In this document: piece by piece, positions 1-11,410 of the stretch
How positions within the stretch are numbered: position 1 is the first letter of the stretch
Layout of the letters: every line of letters begins with the position of its first letter
From: Camelus ferus
Lineage: Eukaryota
NCBI RefSeq assembly: GCF_009834535.1
Contig: NC_045696.1
Location: 66,836,001 to 66,900,000, forward strand
Reading direction: 5' to 3'
DNA: 64,000 nt
Made by a program: the position numbers and the translations under genes
Notes under the pieces: model-generated
Seen by the model: only the letters and a program-made list of their open reading frames with translations
Database searches by the model: none
Told to the model about the DNA's origin: nothing

Positions 1-32
1 CTCAGTGTGTGACTTTCAATACAGAAGCAGCC

Positions 33-50
33 TTTTTTTTTTTTTTTTTT
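33..50. repeat. poly(T)18 tract
   Basis: 18 consecutive T read directly. Confidence 0.95.
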
Positions 51-327
51 AAAGTTGGCAGAAATGTAGATGTAAGAAATAACAGTATGGGGCTGATTCA
101 GAAAGAAGGAAGGAGGGTTAGACAGAAGTTAGATACTCTCATTTTTCTCTAAAGCAGAAGAGAGAAAAATGCCATTGGCTCCACAGCCACTTAGTATTTC
201 TACTTCTTTCACTGTTTCTACATGGAAGTTCTGGTTTCTCTTTGTGCTTGCTCTGTAATTCCTTTGTTTCATATTTTCCCTCCAGTTTCACTCTCACTCC
301 TGTGAGATCTTCCTCGCATCTCTTGTG

Positions 328-411
328 TCACCACTAACCAGCTGTAATACCCTGGAAACACCTCTCAGCTCTGTGAGCTTCGGTTTCCTTGAAGGTGACA
401 TAAGGATAATC
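328..411 (+). mobile_element. MIR SINE core fragment
   Basis: ccactaaccagctgtaataccctggaaacacctctcagctctgtgagcttcggtttcct resembles the MIR core consensus. Confidence 0.55.
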
Positions 412-639
412 GTCTTTGCTTTGTTGCCTTTCAAGTGCCTGCCCAGTCCTCAGTGCTCTTCCTCTCACAAGTATGTCCTGGCTGCTGCTTTAAATTTTCT
501 TGGCCTTTTGTTGCATCTCATCAACGCTAGCTTGTTGCTGGTGTAACATCCGTCTACTCTAGGCGATTTTAAGTCATTGAGGGCTAACACCATATCCCTC
601 ATCTTTGCATTTCTCGCAGTTTTGATAGTTCCTTGTGGT

Positions 640-830
640 TAGAGTGAAAGGAACATGGGTTTTGGAGTGAGACAGAATCAGGTTCAAATCTCCGTTTTAC
701 TGTTAACATTCTGTAGGGCCATGGCAAAATTACTTAACTTCTTTGTATCTTACTTTTCTCTACTATCCTTCCTCCATAGAGTGGTTGAAAGCCTTACTTG
801 AAGGGCTTACTTACAGAAAATGTTACACAT
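640..830 (+). mobile_element. MIR SINE
   Basis: ttggagtgagacagaatcaggttcaaatctcc...ggcaaaattacttaacttct is a MIR 5' part plus core. Confidence 0.65.
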
Positions 831-1690
831 TTTCACATTTATACAATCAATACATTGGTTCCACTAGAGCAAATACTATATAATTTGGATCCAGGAAATA
901 CTGAATTGAACTAATTAAATAGTGTATTTGAAAGGTTTGTTAAAGCTGCAAAGGTGTCATACAGAAGTACTTACGTTAAGCCAGAATTATCTCATTTCAA
1001 TCCAGTTCAAACCATTCATCTTTTATCTGTGTCCTTAGACCAAAACAGTGCCCCCATCACCTCTCACTTTCTTCTAGGTCACCTTTATCTTAGGTTTGTT
1101 TCATTAAATTGGGCAACTTCTTCCCTCAGGATCTCAGGCACTAGCTTTATTATAAAAGATGGGGGTAGGGTTTAGGGTGGATTGGTGGTTTTCTAATTAT
1201 GTTGCATGAAATTGTAAGTGTCTCAGTGTGTTCACCAGATGTAAAGAAATGACCATACTGGTAACTCTCCAAACATGCCTCTCTCCTTCTTAATACCTTG
1301 AAATTTGGCTTTTGTCTGTTTTATGTGTATTAGAGCTCTGACAAGGTTTCACTTGAAGAAAGGGTTCCGTTTTAGAAAAAAAAAATCAATGGTATAGGCT
1401 TAAGGATCTTCAAGGTATCTCCTTTGTAAACCCAGTATTGATTTCCATTCTCTGAACAACTATGTAAAACATTATTGAGAGAAAGGGAGGAAAATGATCA
1501 GCAGAGAGCAGAAAGAATGAGATAAATTGTAACTATCTTCCACAGTTTTCCCTTTGGCTGAATCTCCGGAGCAATTCACTCAAAGAATGATTGCTCTATC
1601 AAAACAGTTATACCCAAAGATAGAAAGCTTTATGTCATTTTTTTTTTCTTTTCAGCTTGTTTTTTCCTAGAAACTATTCCACACTCTTTT

Positions 1691-1828
1691 NNNNNNNNNN
1701 NNNNNNNNNNNNNNNNNNNNNNNNNNNNNNNNNNNNNNNNNNNNNNNNNNNNNNNNNNNNNNNNNNNNNNNNNNNNNNNNNNNNNNNNNNNNNNNNNNNN
1801 NNNNNNNNNNNNNNNNNNNNNNNNNNNN
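1691..1828. other. assembly gap (138 N)
   Basis: N run read directly. Confidence 0.99.
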
Positions 1829-4369
1829 AGAAGTACCCAAAAACACCAAAGGGTATCTGCTAACAGCCTGCATTCCCTCTTGCTTTTCCTATTCTTCCCC
1901 AAAACTCATCACTCAAGTCAGTCTCATATTTGCATTCTTCCAGCTTTCCTGAAAAATCTCCAAAACTCTAAAATTTTAAAGATCAAAACAAGTTTTATAG
2001 ATAAATTTTAGAATTAGTAACTTTCAGAGACCACTCAGCTCAATTTTTCATACATACATATGTATGTATACACATACATATATAACATATTGAATACTAC
2101 ATATATATTTATATCATAGAGGGAAAAGCTGAAATCTAAAAAGAATCAGTTCATTCTGCTGTATTGTACTCAATATAGGTCTTCATGCACAGTACAGTAA
2201 GAATAAATTCATGCATCAGACACTAATTCTCATCATGAGTTCCCTGCCTCTTGGCCTCTTACAGGAGTCCCCATTTTTGTTTTCTGAAAATTTATTCCCG
2301 CAGTTAAAGTCTCCTTACTCCCCTTTAGATCATCCAAACTTAACATTACAAAACTAGAAAAACAGTTTAAAAAACAACCTAGAAATATACTTGATTCTAT
2401 ACAGACATCCCCTAATTCACTTAACAAAATAAAACAGCAGTTAGTAGTAATGCAGACAAGAAGCTCATTGGCTGTTCCTAGATTCCTGACTCAAAATCCC
2501 CCTTCATGGGGTGTCAGTTCTGCTAGAGAAAGAATCTGGCACCAGAAACTTCCATGACAGCAGACCTGGAGGGGCCCCCTCACCAACCGTGGGAAGATGG
2601 GGTCACACATGAGTCTGAATCTTTGAGGACCTCATACAAAGTCAATGTGGGCTGTGATCTTACAGTCTGTTTAGCCTTGCTCCCTTATTTCATGAAGAAA
2701 CTGAGGTCCAGACCTGAAGAACTTACCCTAATACATTGTTGTGCTGGAGTATTGACTAATGAAAGCAGACGTAAATTTTCTGGAATTTTCCAAGCACAAT
2801 AAACACAATAATTGACAATGTATTATAAAACATTAAACTTAAATTATATTATATTTAAAAACACATGTAATAAATACTCAAATTTTCCTATTTTACCATT
2901 ACCTCGGTTCCTGAAAACAATGTGAAAAAAAAGTAGTGAAATTGTTCAGACTTAAAAAAATTTATAAAATTATCTGTCTGTAAATCTATTGCTGCCCTTC
3001 TTTAATAATGTATTTCAGTTAAAGGCTATGTGCAAATGATTCAATGATGTATATACTGAGTATTATATGGGGAATTTAGTGATGAATGAGACATGTTCCT
3101 TTTTTGAAAGCTTTTCATAATTTACTGCTGGAACTAAAACACCTTCAATGTTTGTCTAATTTTTACCTTTTGTCAAAGCCTCATGCTCCGACTCCTAATT
3201 TCCCACTGGGCCGTGACCTTCTTAGGGACAGGAAAGCCAGCCTGGGTCCTTCATTTTGGTTCAGTGCTTGACCTACCTGGTGATTGGCAGGAAAAGCCTG
3301 CCAGTGGTTGTGCCAGGATTTCACCTCCTAGGCCCTGCCCTTCCAGTTTACAGGTGACAATCTTTAGGTTCAGAAACGATAAGGAAGTTGTTCAAGTTCA
3401 CTTAGCTAATAAACGATCCAGATGGCATTTAAATTTAGGACTGTAGAACTTAAATGCTCATGTTCTACTAAATTACATATATGACTTCTAAGTTTCATTC
3501 ATCATAAAAGTTGGGCAACTATAGAGTATCTGGCCTTTCTGCAGATTTTCAATCTTACCAGAAGTGGTTGACTCTCAAAGGTAGTTAGTGTAAGTAAAGA
3601 CATCTGAGGTCGCTATTGCCTTCCAAGGGGACTGGAGCACTCAGAAACTCTCGGGGTGTCCTCAATTCTCAGACAAATGTGCTTCAAAACTCCGAACATG
3701 GCTTCATCATTCTTTCTTCCTTCCTTCCTTCCATCCATCCATCCAATCTCTCACCTCACACAAGCCTTTATCACCAACCTGTCTGGATCTTTTCCAGAGC
3801 AAGTCTCCTGATTGGCCTCAGGAGCATTTCAAATCACACCATTTCTTTCATATTTTTAGTTCAGAAACATCTCCATACTTTCCATTTATTCTGCTATTAT
3901 TATGATTAACATTATTACTTGTTATGCCTGATTTTTAAGGATGCCAAAGAGCACCTTGATACCTTTTAGTAAACTCGCTCTTTGTTGCACCTGACAGTAC
4001 CCATGAACCTTGGAGGAATAACTTTACTCAAATGCTTGAGATAAATCCACCTCCAGGAAATCACTCACATGGTCTAATAAATCAGGTCCATTAACAACTT
4101 TCTTTTGTTAAATGGAGATCTTCCCCTTTCAACTTCATGATTAGAAAATCACCAGTCTGTTCCTGCTCTATTCACCCCAAAGTTGAACCCATATCCCAGC
4201 TCCACTTTCGGCAAACAAAACTTAAATGGGTAAAATGCATTTACAGCATATCTTATGCCTTAATATTTTTGATTTATCACAATTTGGACAACAAAGTGAC
4301 ATAATCAAGGAACTCCTTTTTATATAATATCACTGAACTGATTAACTTATTCTTAAGGAACTCTCTTAC

Positions 4370-5600
4370 ATCTTTCAACATTCATTTCTCCTCTGTTCTC
4401 CCAGAGTTAGTTGACTTCCCTTTCACCTTCAGAAACCTTTTCTCTTCCCATCTCTACCTGTCTTAAGATCTTATTGCCCACAGCTTGATTCTCTTATAAC
4501 CCTTTACTGTGCACCCAGCTCCCAAGTTCTCTTCAAATCTGTATATATGGGGTCAACCCCCCAGTTGTTAGTTCTGAAGTGATCTTTTCCTCTCTCAAGT
4601 ACCAAATCTCTAAGTCTCATATGTTGTGCCCCACTCTTTACCTTAACCATTTGCTTCCTTAAAGGTAAAGTTTCTCCTGACCTATGGACCCTGTCTCTCA
4701 CACTTCCAGTTCCCACTGACCCTCCTTCCAGCCTTCATTTCATTTTTCCTAAGCTGTACATGATCAGCAGTCTTCCCCAAACAGAATTTTCATCAGGTTG
4801 CTTTTTTCCTGACTCAGCATTTACACTCATCTTTGTGCCTTGGACAAAAACCTAACTGGACCTTGTCCTTCATCCCCTTTATTCCTTTGGGTAGAAACTC
4901 TTTTCCAAATTATTCAGCCAGTTGTATCCTACATGCTTGTTTTCAACCAAGAGCCTTTTCAAATTATGACCTTTTATACCCCACTCTCTTCCACCAAGAT
5001 TTTATTCTTTACATTTACCAATGTCCGGTACAAAACTCAGCACACCTAGGTTACTGCAGTAGACTGGAAGTCTGTGTCCCTCCCAACATTCATATGTTGC
5101 AACTTAATCCCCAACGTGCTAGTATTTGGAAGTAGGGTCTTTGGAAGGTGATTAGGTTAAAGTCCTCATGAAGGGGATTATAAAAGGCACTCCAGAGAGC
5201 TCTCTTGCCATTTCACTGTGTGAAGTCACAGAGGGAAGACAACCATCTATAAACTAGGAAATCAGACCTCATCAGACACTGAATCTGCGGGTGCCTTGAT
5301 CTTGTACTTCCCAGCTTCCAGAACTGTGAGAAATAAATTTCTGTTGTTTATAAGTCACCCAGTTGGTGGTCTTTTGTTATAGCAGCCCGAATGGATCCAG
5401 ACAGCTACAATTTTTTTTGTTTTTTGTTTGAATTCACATCATCAATTTGGCACATTTTTAGTACTTTTGTCCCTAGTCAATTCTATTGTAATTTACTCAT
5501 GTTGGAATGGTATTGCCCCAGCTCAGTGAAGAGCTAGAAGTCAAGAACCATGTTACTAATTTCCTGGTTCTTCACAACACTGAGTTATAGAACAAAGAAT
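4370..5600 (+). mobile_element. degraded L2 LINE, interrupted by the MLT1A LTR
   Basis: Pyrimidine-rich L2-like sequence. An L2-like 3' part resumes after the LTR at about 5500-5600. Confidence 0.45.
5055..5403 (+). mobile_element. MLT1A/MLT1A0-type MaLR solo LTR
   Basis: TG...CA termini; hallmark 3' end cttcccagcttccagaactgtgagaaataaatttctgttgtttataagtcacccag...ttgttatagcagcccga; 5-bp TSD GTTAC/GCTAC (4/5 match). Confidence 0.9.
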
Positions 5601-6360
5601 AACTCGAAAGGACTTTATTTCTCAGCATCTATACTTTCTTTCTATAAATGAAGACTCATAGGGATTTTGTTCATAGTCCCACAGGAAGTCCATAAAGCTC
5701 TAGTGCCATACCCCAGGCATCCTGGATCCCACTGCAATGCTCTGCAGGAAGAAAATGTACAACTAAAACTTTTCACAAACTGAGCTGTCTCTCTAAATCC
5801 ACGAACATTTAAAAAAAATGTAATCATCAAAAAACACTCTCCTATAATAAATTTATCACTTAATATTCTCATCATTTCAACCCAGAATCTGGCATCCGGT
5901 AGAAGATGATGATAAGGGTGACTTGAGTCCATCTTATTTACAATGTCATTTTTTAACATGATAGCATGCAAATATAGACATGTGCGTGCTTAAACACAGG
6001 CATTTACCTATAAACTGTCCCCAAGTTAAAATTTAGGAGATATTTGAATAGCTGTAATAACCATGACATCAGGTTTTGGATAAGTTAGATTTTGCACTCG
6101 TGTGAAGACCTGATGGGAAGTTCAAGTAGCATCCGTTGCTCAGATGTCAGAGCATAGAGTTCCGGAAGGTCCATGGGGAAATGAAAATCTACAGAGGAGT
6201 TTTGTTAGGATTAAGGAGTGTTCTAGATTGAATTTAGACAAATAAGTACATAAACTCAAGAAAATGGTCCATTCTCTATGCACCTCTTCTATACACTTTT
6301 TAGATCAGTTATCTGAAATAGTATTATATATTTTTTGGTCTATTGTCATTCCTCCTTCAG

Positions 6361-6481
6361 AACATAAAGTCAGTGGGAGCAGATTGCAGCGTTCACTGCT
6401 GCGTCACGAGGGCCTAGAGCGGCACCAGGAAACACAGGTTCCCCTGCTATCTGAAAGTGCAGCGTCCCTGTGAAAACTTTG
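6361..6481 (+). other. candidate internal exon (121 nt) of an unidentified spliced transcript
   Basis: Strong acceptor ttgtcattcctccttcag| and strong donor TTG|GTAAGT; several CpGs retained. In phase 1 it reads (E)HKVSGSRLQRSLLRHEGLERHQETQVPLLSESAASL* with the stop at 6471-6473. I do not recognise the peptide. Confidence 0.45.
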
Positions 6482-6784
6482 GTAAGTCGAAATGGCATAA
6501 AGCTGAGCGCATCCTTGTTTTTGGAATGTTCTTATTTTGCCACGTCACTCTAACTAAAGAACTACTTTAGTATCTGTAATTCATGAACTTAAATAAATCT
6601 GAAGAAGACTTTTGCTTTCAAGAAAAAAGTCCTTACCCTACTAATGTAGGCATTGTGTATCCCTCCACTACCCACCTCCCCAAAAAATTCGTAACACTTC
6701 ATTGTTAGCTATTGCCTTAGCTCCACTTGAGAGATGTGAAGAAATTATAGCTTTGAGTGATTAAGAAACTTCCACATTATAGCT

Positions 6785-6890
6785 TCTTGAGGATAGAAAC
6801 TTATGCAAATATATCTTTGCCTCCTTATAAGTAACAGAATTCCAGACATAATAACAGGGCATTTATAAACATTTGATGAATGAATAAATG
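6785..6890 (+). mobile_element. L2 3' end fragment
   Basis: Ends in ataaacatttgatgaatgaataaatg, the typical L2 tail. Confidence 0.55.
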
Positions 6891-6970
6891 GCCTTGGTGC
6901 ATACAGACTAGCATGGTTAGTATAGAAATTCAGGTTGGGTTGACTCCCAAGTCTTTACTCTTTTGAACAG

Positions 6971-7140
6971 ATCACAGTGACCTCTTCGTGGAGAGAAGTG
7001 GCTATTTTGCAGCAATGAAAGACATAGACAACAATTTAAAACCAAGAACAAGAACAAAGAGACCAGTATATCCCCAAAGCCCCTGGAGAATTTGGTGTGA
7101 TGACATAGACCATTAAATAAAGTTTCCAGTGGTAACCCTG
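6971..7140 (+). other. candidate terminal exon with polyA signal
   Basis: Branch-like TTGAC at 6940, acceptor tctttactcttttgaacag|, AATAAA at 7116-7121 and GT-rich sequence downstream. The end coordinate is estimated. Confidence 0.35.
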
Positions 7141-7429
7141 AGTTGTCAAGAGTTTCTGTGGCACACACTATTCTTGGTTTAAAAAGATGGCAAATTATGC
7201 CTTATTTTCAGAAATATCTATATACATCCCAATTTAAAATGAAAACTAAAATGCTATTTATAGAGCATATGTTTATCTAGAAAACTCAACTACACAAACT
7301 GACATATTTCCTAAGGGATCCTGGTAGATAAGCTTTCTTTTTTCTAAATCATTTTGGCACTTTCTGTTTCCCTTCTAGTCAGGAGCACATCTTGTCTTAT
7401 GGTACAGTTTCTTATTTACAGTTTCTGAG

Positions 7430-7545
7430 TGGTTGGTCCTTCAAGATAAGAACCTCATTTATTTCAGTTTCTGGCTTTTGTGACTTCATAGTCTAGCACA
7501 GGACCTGGCACCAAGGATGTGTCAGGTAAATGCTTATTGAAGGAA
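7430..7545 (+). mobile_element. L2 3' end fragment
   Basis: tctagcacaggacctggcac...taaatgcttattgaa matches the L2 tail. Confidence 0.55.
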
Positions 7546-7589
7546 ATATTTGGAGAGTTAGAGCAAAAGTAACAATGCCAATATCTATA

Positions 7590-7920
7590 GCAGAAATAAC
7601 AGTTGATATTTGATTATTTCTATGAACAAGGTACTCTGCAAAGTGCCTGGTATGCATTAATTTTCACAGCAACTATGATGTAAATACCAATATCACCTCA
7701 TTTTACAGACAAGAAAACTGAAGCCTAATGGTAATTTACTTCCTCAAGATCACATGGTAACCTGGAGGATGTTCACTCTGAGGTCTTAAGGATTTGGCTT
7801 CAGAGTCTCTGGTCTGTTATTCACCAAGTTAGTTACTTTAGGCAAGTTATTCATCCTTTCTGAGTCTCCATTTCCATTTCTGTCACAGTGAGAAGAGGAT
7901 AGAATCTACCTGTCACGGAG
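7590..7920. mobile_element. two opposed MIR fragments
   Basis: cctcattttacagacaagaaaactgaagc (minus) followed by ttaggcaagttattcatcctttctgagtctccatttcc (plus). Confidence 0.6.
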
Positions 7921-7989
7921 AGGGAAGGCCTTGGATCCTGGCCACAGAAGGTTATTCCACTTGCCCAGCAAGGGGCAGTAGGTGTCACA

Positions 7990-8115
7990 CTTTAAAGTTC
8001 AACAGAATCACCTGGCCCACAATCGGGAAATACAGAGTCTCTGTCCCTACCTCCAGGAGATTCTGTTTCAGATGCTCTGGAGTGAGGCCCAGGAATCCAC
8101 ACTTTGACAAAACTG
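7990..8115. mobile_element. MER5-family hAT-Charlie MITE
   Basis: agaatcacctgg...gagattctgtttcagatgctctggagtgaggcccaggaatccacactttgacaa. Confidence 0.65.
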
Positions 8116-8280
8116 CATATGAAAACACAAGGATTTGGGACTCACCTAAAATCTCATTCCTTTGGAGCTTTTTATCAATCACAGAGCACCTTGATAAATC
8201 TGCATTTTCTCCAGATATTTATCCTTAAGTAGGCAAGGTATTATCACAGTCTTGCTCGCTAATACGTCTGTTTTATTACT

Positions 8281-8780
8281 CGAGTGAAACAGAATGGTGT
8301 GATAGTTACAGTTACTGTCACAGAACACATACCACACGCTGGCTCGGCCTCGTTCTACATGCTTTATGGACATCAGTTCTTTTTACCCACCCAACAACCC
8401 ATGAGAAAGTTAGACTATCATTATCCTCATTTTATAGATGCGGAAACCGAGGCACAGAGAGCGTAAGTAACTTCTCCAAAGGTGCCCGCTCAGTAAGTGA
8501 GGGCGGCAAACTCAGCAGCTGTGCTGTTACCCGGTCTGCCGTGCCGACTCTCCCAGGACGGACGGAGGCCAGAGCCCGGCCTGACAGGTGAGCTTGGGCA
8601 AGTCCCTGCCCTTCTCTCGCAACCGAGTCCCCCTCCGTGCAGTGAGTGGGCTGACTCCGATAATCCCTAAGGCCCTCTGGTCCCACGATTCTATTATTCA
8701 TTTCACAGGAGTCTTTTGACCTTGTTATCTGATGGACCAAGGCGTTAGGATGGCTGGCAGTAAAACGCGCTGGCGTCTAG
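8281..8780. promoter_or_regulatory. CpG-enriched, probably hypomethylated regulatory region built on MIRs
   Basis: About 24 CpG in 500 bp by manual count, against a few per 500 bp in flanking DNA; GC-box-like GAGGGCGG; donor CAG|GTGAGC after 8587. Confidence 0.5.
8395..8650. mobile_element. two MIR fragments (minus then plus)
   Basis: ttatcctcattttatagatgcggaaaccgaggcacagagag and gagcttgggcaagtccctgcccttctct. Confidence 0.65.
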
Positions 8781-9204
8781 AAATGCCCCCTTATTACCTT
8801 TTCTTTACCTACCAATTCAAAAAACTTCCTCCTGAGTTGTCTGTCCTTTGTTGTTTCTTCTTGCTGAGGAAACCAAGTGTACTTCAGCCCAGAGCTGGTA
8901 GATGTGTCTTCACAGTTTCCTTCTAAGCCCTGACGTCTTGGTTTAATCAGGCTTCCAGAGGGCTTCCACCTGAGTCTACTTGAACCTCATTACTCACCCA
9001 AATAGGCCTCCCAGCTGTTGCCCCTCCTTTCTTCCTCTCCTCTCAAGCATTGGCTCTCTTCTGGCCCAATTCACCCTCAGTAATATCCCTCCAAACTGCC
9101 CTCCTCCCTCTCCACCTGTGTTCTCTCATCCATCCCAGGCCTAGACTGTCAGGCTTCTTTCAGTCTTGCATTTTCTCCAACCTGATTACACATTAGAAGA
9201 CATG

Positions 9205-9350
9205 AGATGCTTAAAATACCAATCGAGGGGCACTACGACAAACCAATTAAACCGGTGTTTTGAGGAGTGGAATCTGGGCAGGAGTATTATTTAAAAAGTC
9301 AGAAGTTCCATGAGAGTTGCTCACGTGAGGCATGGTTAAGGAACCACTGG
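9205..9350. mobile_element. MER5-family hAT MITE remnant
   Basis: ggaatctgggcaggagtattatttaaaaag...catggttaaggaaccactgg. Confidence 0.5.
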
Positions 9351-9652
9351 CATCTATCTCCGGTGAATCTCGATTCTCGAGTGGGGAAAACAAGCAAATG
9401 AAAATCACCTGGGCTGCTGGCTAAGCCGGACTCCCAGGGAGGGAAGTCCGGGCGTGTGAAGCAAACAGGGAAGTTTGGAGAAACCTTTTTAGGAACCGGA
9501 GTTCTAGCTGAACCTCTAAAGCAGGATGCATCACTCAGCTTTCCTGGTACCCACCTTCGCAGAAGAACCCCAGGCTCCTACTGTATCCCACACCAAGTGA
9601 ATATTTCTCATTGTGAAGAGCAATCCAGAGGAAAAAGCCCTTCAAGGTAAGA
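9300..9652 (+). promoter_or_regulatory. promoter/first-exon-like element with splice donor
   Basis: E-box CTCACGTGAG at 9320-9329; ETS-type GGAAGT abutting GC-box-like CCGGGCGTG near 9443-9457; CpGs retained; donor CAAG|GTAAGA with the exon ending at 9646. Confidence 0.4.
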
Positions 9653-11212
9653 TGCACATTCTTTTTCTCCGTGGATTAACTGGCTGGGTAACTCTGGGGG
9701 GAACCCCTTTTCCTCTCGAGGCTTTATTTTCCCCTCTATGTAAAAGAAGGTTATAGGATTACTAGATAATCACTAAGCTTCCTTCCTTAAGCTTCTTTCC
9801 CATTTTATTATTCTACTATTTTAAGGCCCCCAAACCTATTGTTCTTCAGCTGTTACACAACCAGCCCCAGTTTTTCGGCATTCAGCTGACACCAGACAAT
9901 GCATCTCTGCAAACCTATTCCTCAGCCCCGGTGAAGACTGCCCATTGCAAGCCAATACCAGGGCTGCAAAGATTTCTTTCTTCAAATTCCCTACCTATAC
10001 CAACAACGACTGCTGCCCAGACTTCAGCTCAGACCTCTGAATCGCCACAAAGCTCTTCCCTCTCAATGCCCTCTGAGAGCAGCCCCCTCTGACAGCAATT
10101 GCCTTCTTTATCTCTGGGCCTCCCACCTCCTGCAGGCAGCCTGCCTCTTTGAAGGTGGCTCGGAGAGACCAACCTGGTTTATGGACAGAATCTCTTCTCT
10201 TACCCTGCCCCGCACCAAGCTGTCCAATGATGCTCAGAAGGTGGTAACAGAGTGGCAGCAGTATGGGCTCTGGGAGCTTTTTTTTTTTTGCCTGCTTTGT
10301 CTTAGTGTGAGATAGTCAGCTCTATTAGGAGGTGCTGGCTGATGACTGTGGAGCAGAGACGTGTTTGCCAGGGGTATCCCCATTTCCCCTCCCTGCCAGC
10401 TTCCGGTCCGTTAACGAAGAGACCACTGTCTAAAGGAGTTGAAGGTAGAATGGCACCTAAGGCCACTTCCAATGATCTTCATTCTAGGTAGGGTGTGTCT
10501 GTGTTTTACAAGTAATTGAAATACACTGAAGCTAGTAATGCTGATGAAAATTATAAAGGTAATGTTTGACAGGGTAAAAAAAATAAAATCAAATCAAGAA
10601 TGTTCATGGGTTTTGACCTAGACTGCTCTCCTTTGCCCTGGTTCCTTGACTTCCGAGTTTGGAAATGGAGGAAGGGGAAAAAGGGGAGAACCGGCCAATT
10701 TAGCAAGGGTGGGTTAGTCAGCCTGCAAAATAGTGCTCTGAGTCAGAGGCGACAGGGTCAAAATGAAAACTCTGTGGGCTGAGCTAGCTAGGGTGGGGGG
10801 ATTTGGGACAGGGTTTGGTGGAGGAGAGATTAATAGAGTGTAACGTGTGTGGAAACAAGGGGAAAGAGTAAAGAAAAAAGGAACTTGTCATGCAAGGCTG
10901 TGGATTGGGTCTCTTTTAAGATCCTTCCAGAGACAAAGACTAAATGAGAATTTTAAAAACTGAAACTGAAATTAAATGAACACAATGCTTTTAAATCCTA
11001 TCTGATCTGTGCTGCTTAAATGCCATCCGACTTAGAGAGCAAACCCAGGCTGGTCATAGACTCAAAGGTATATGAAAACTGATCATATTAAAGAGATTTA
11101 CATTTCAGAAAATATTTCAAAAGTAGTAAGAAAAGGAGAGGCCATAATTTCATAGAAGAAGACTCGCAAAAGAAATTTTTTCTCAAGAAAAATGGAAGAC
11201 TCTTATCTACAG

Positions 11213-11410
11213 CAGGAGTCTACAAGGTACTCTCCAGAAAAACTCCTGTTACCTGTTTCTGTAAACCCAGTTTGACCCTGCTTTGGTACAGTCTACGGAA
11301 GCTGTCACGCTACAGAGGCTGAGCTGAGAAGTTATGACAGGAGGTATATAACCTGCAAAGCTGGAGACCTTTACTGTCTGAACTTTCACAAGAAAAGTTT
11401 GCTGACCCTG
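11213..11410. mobile_element. MER58-type hAT-Charlie MITE
   Basis: Starts caggagtc and ends aaaagtttgctgaccctg; internal acctgtttctgtaaa and cctgcaaagc motifs. Confidence 0.75.

Noticed and set aside
2288-2557. 89-codon stop-free frame (VKVSLLPFRSSKLNITKLEKQF...) with an acceptor at 2303
   Set aside because: No recognisable homology or good donor. Frames of this length are expected many times by chance in 64 kb across six frames.
6080-6195. Minus-strand terminal exon candidate (FHFPMDLPELYALTSEQRMLLELPIRSSHECKI*)
   Set aside because: Only a modest acceptor, no linked upstream exon and no recognisable peptide.
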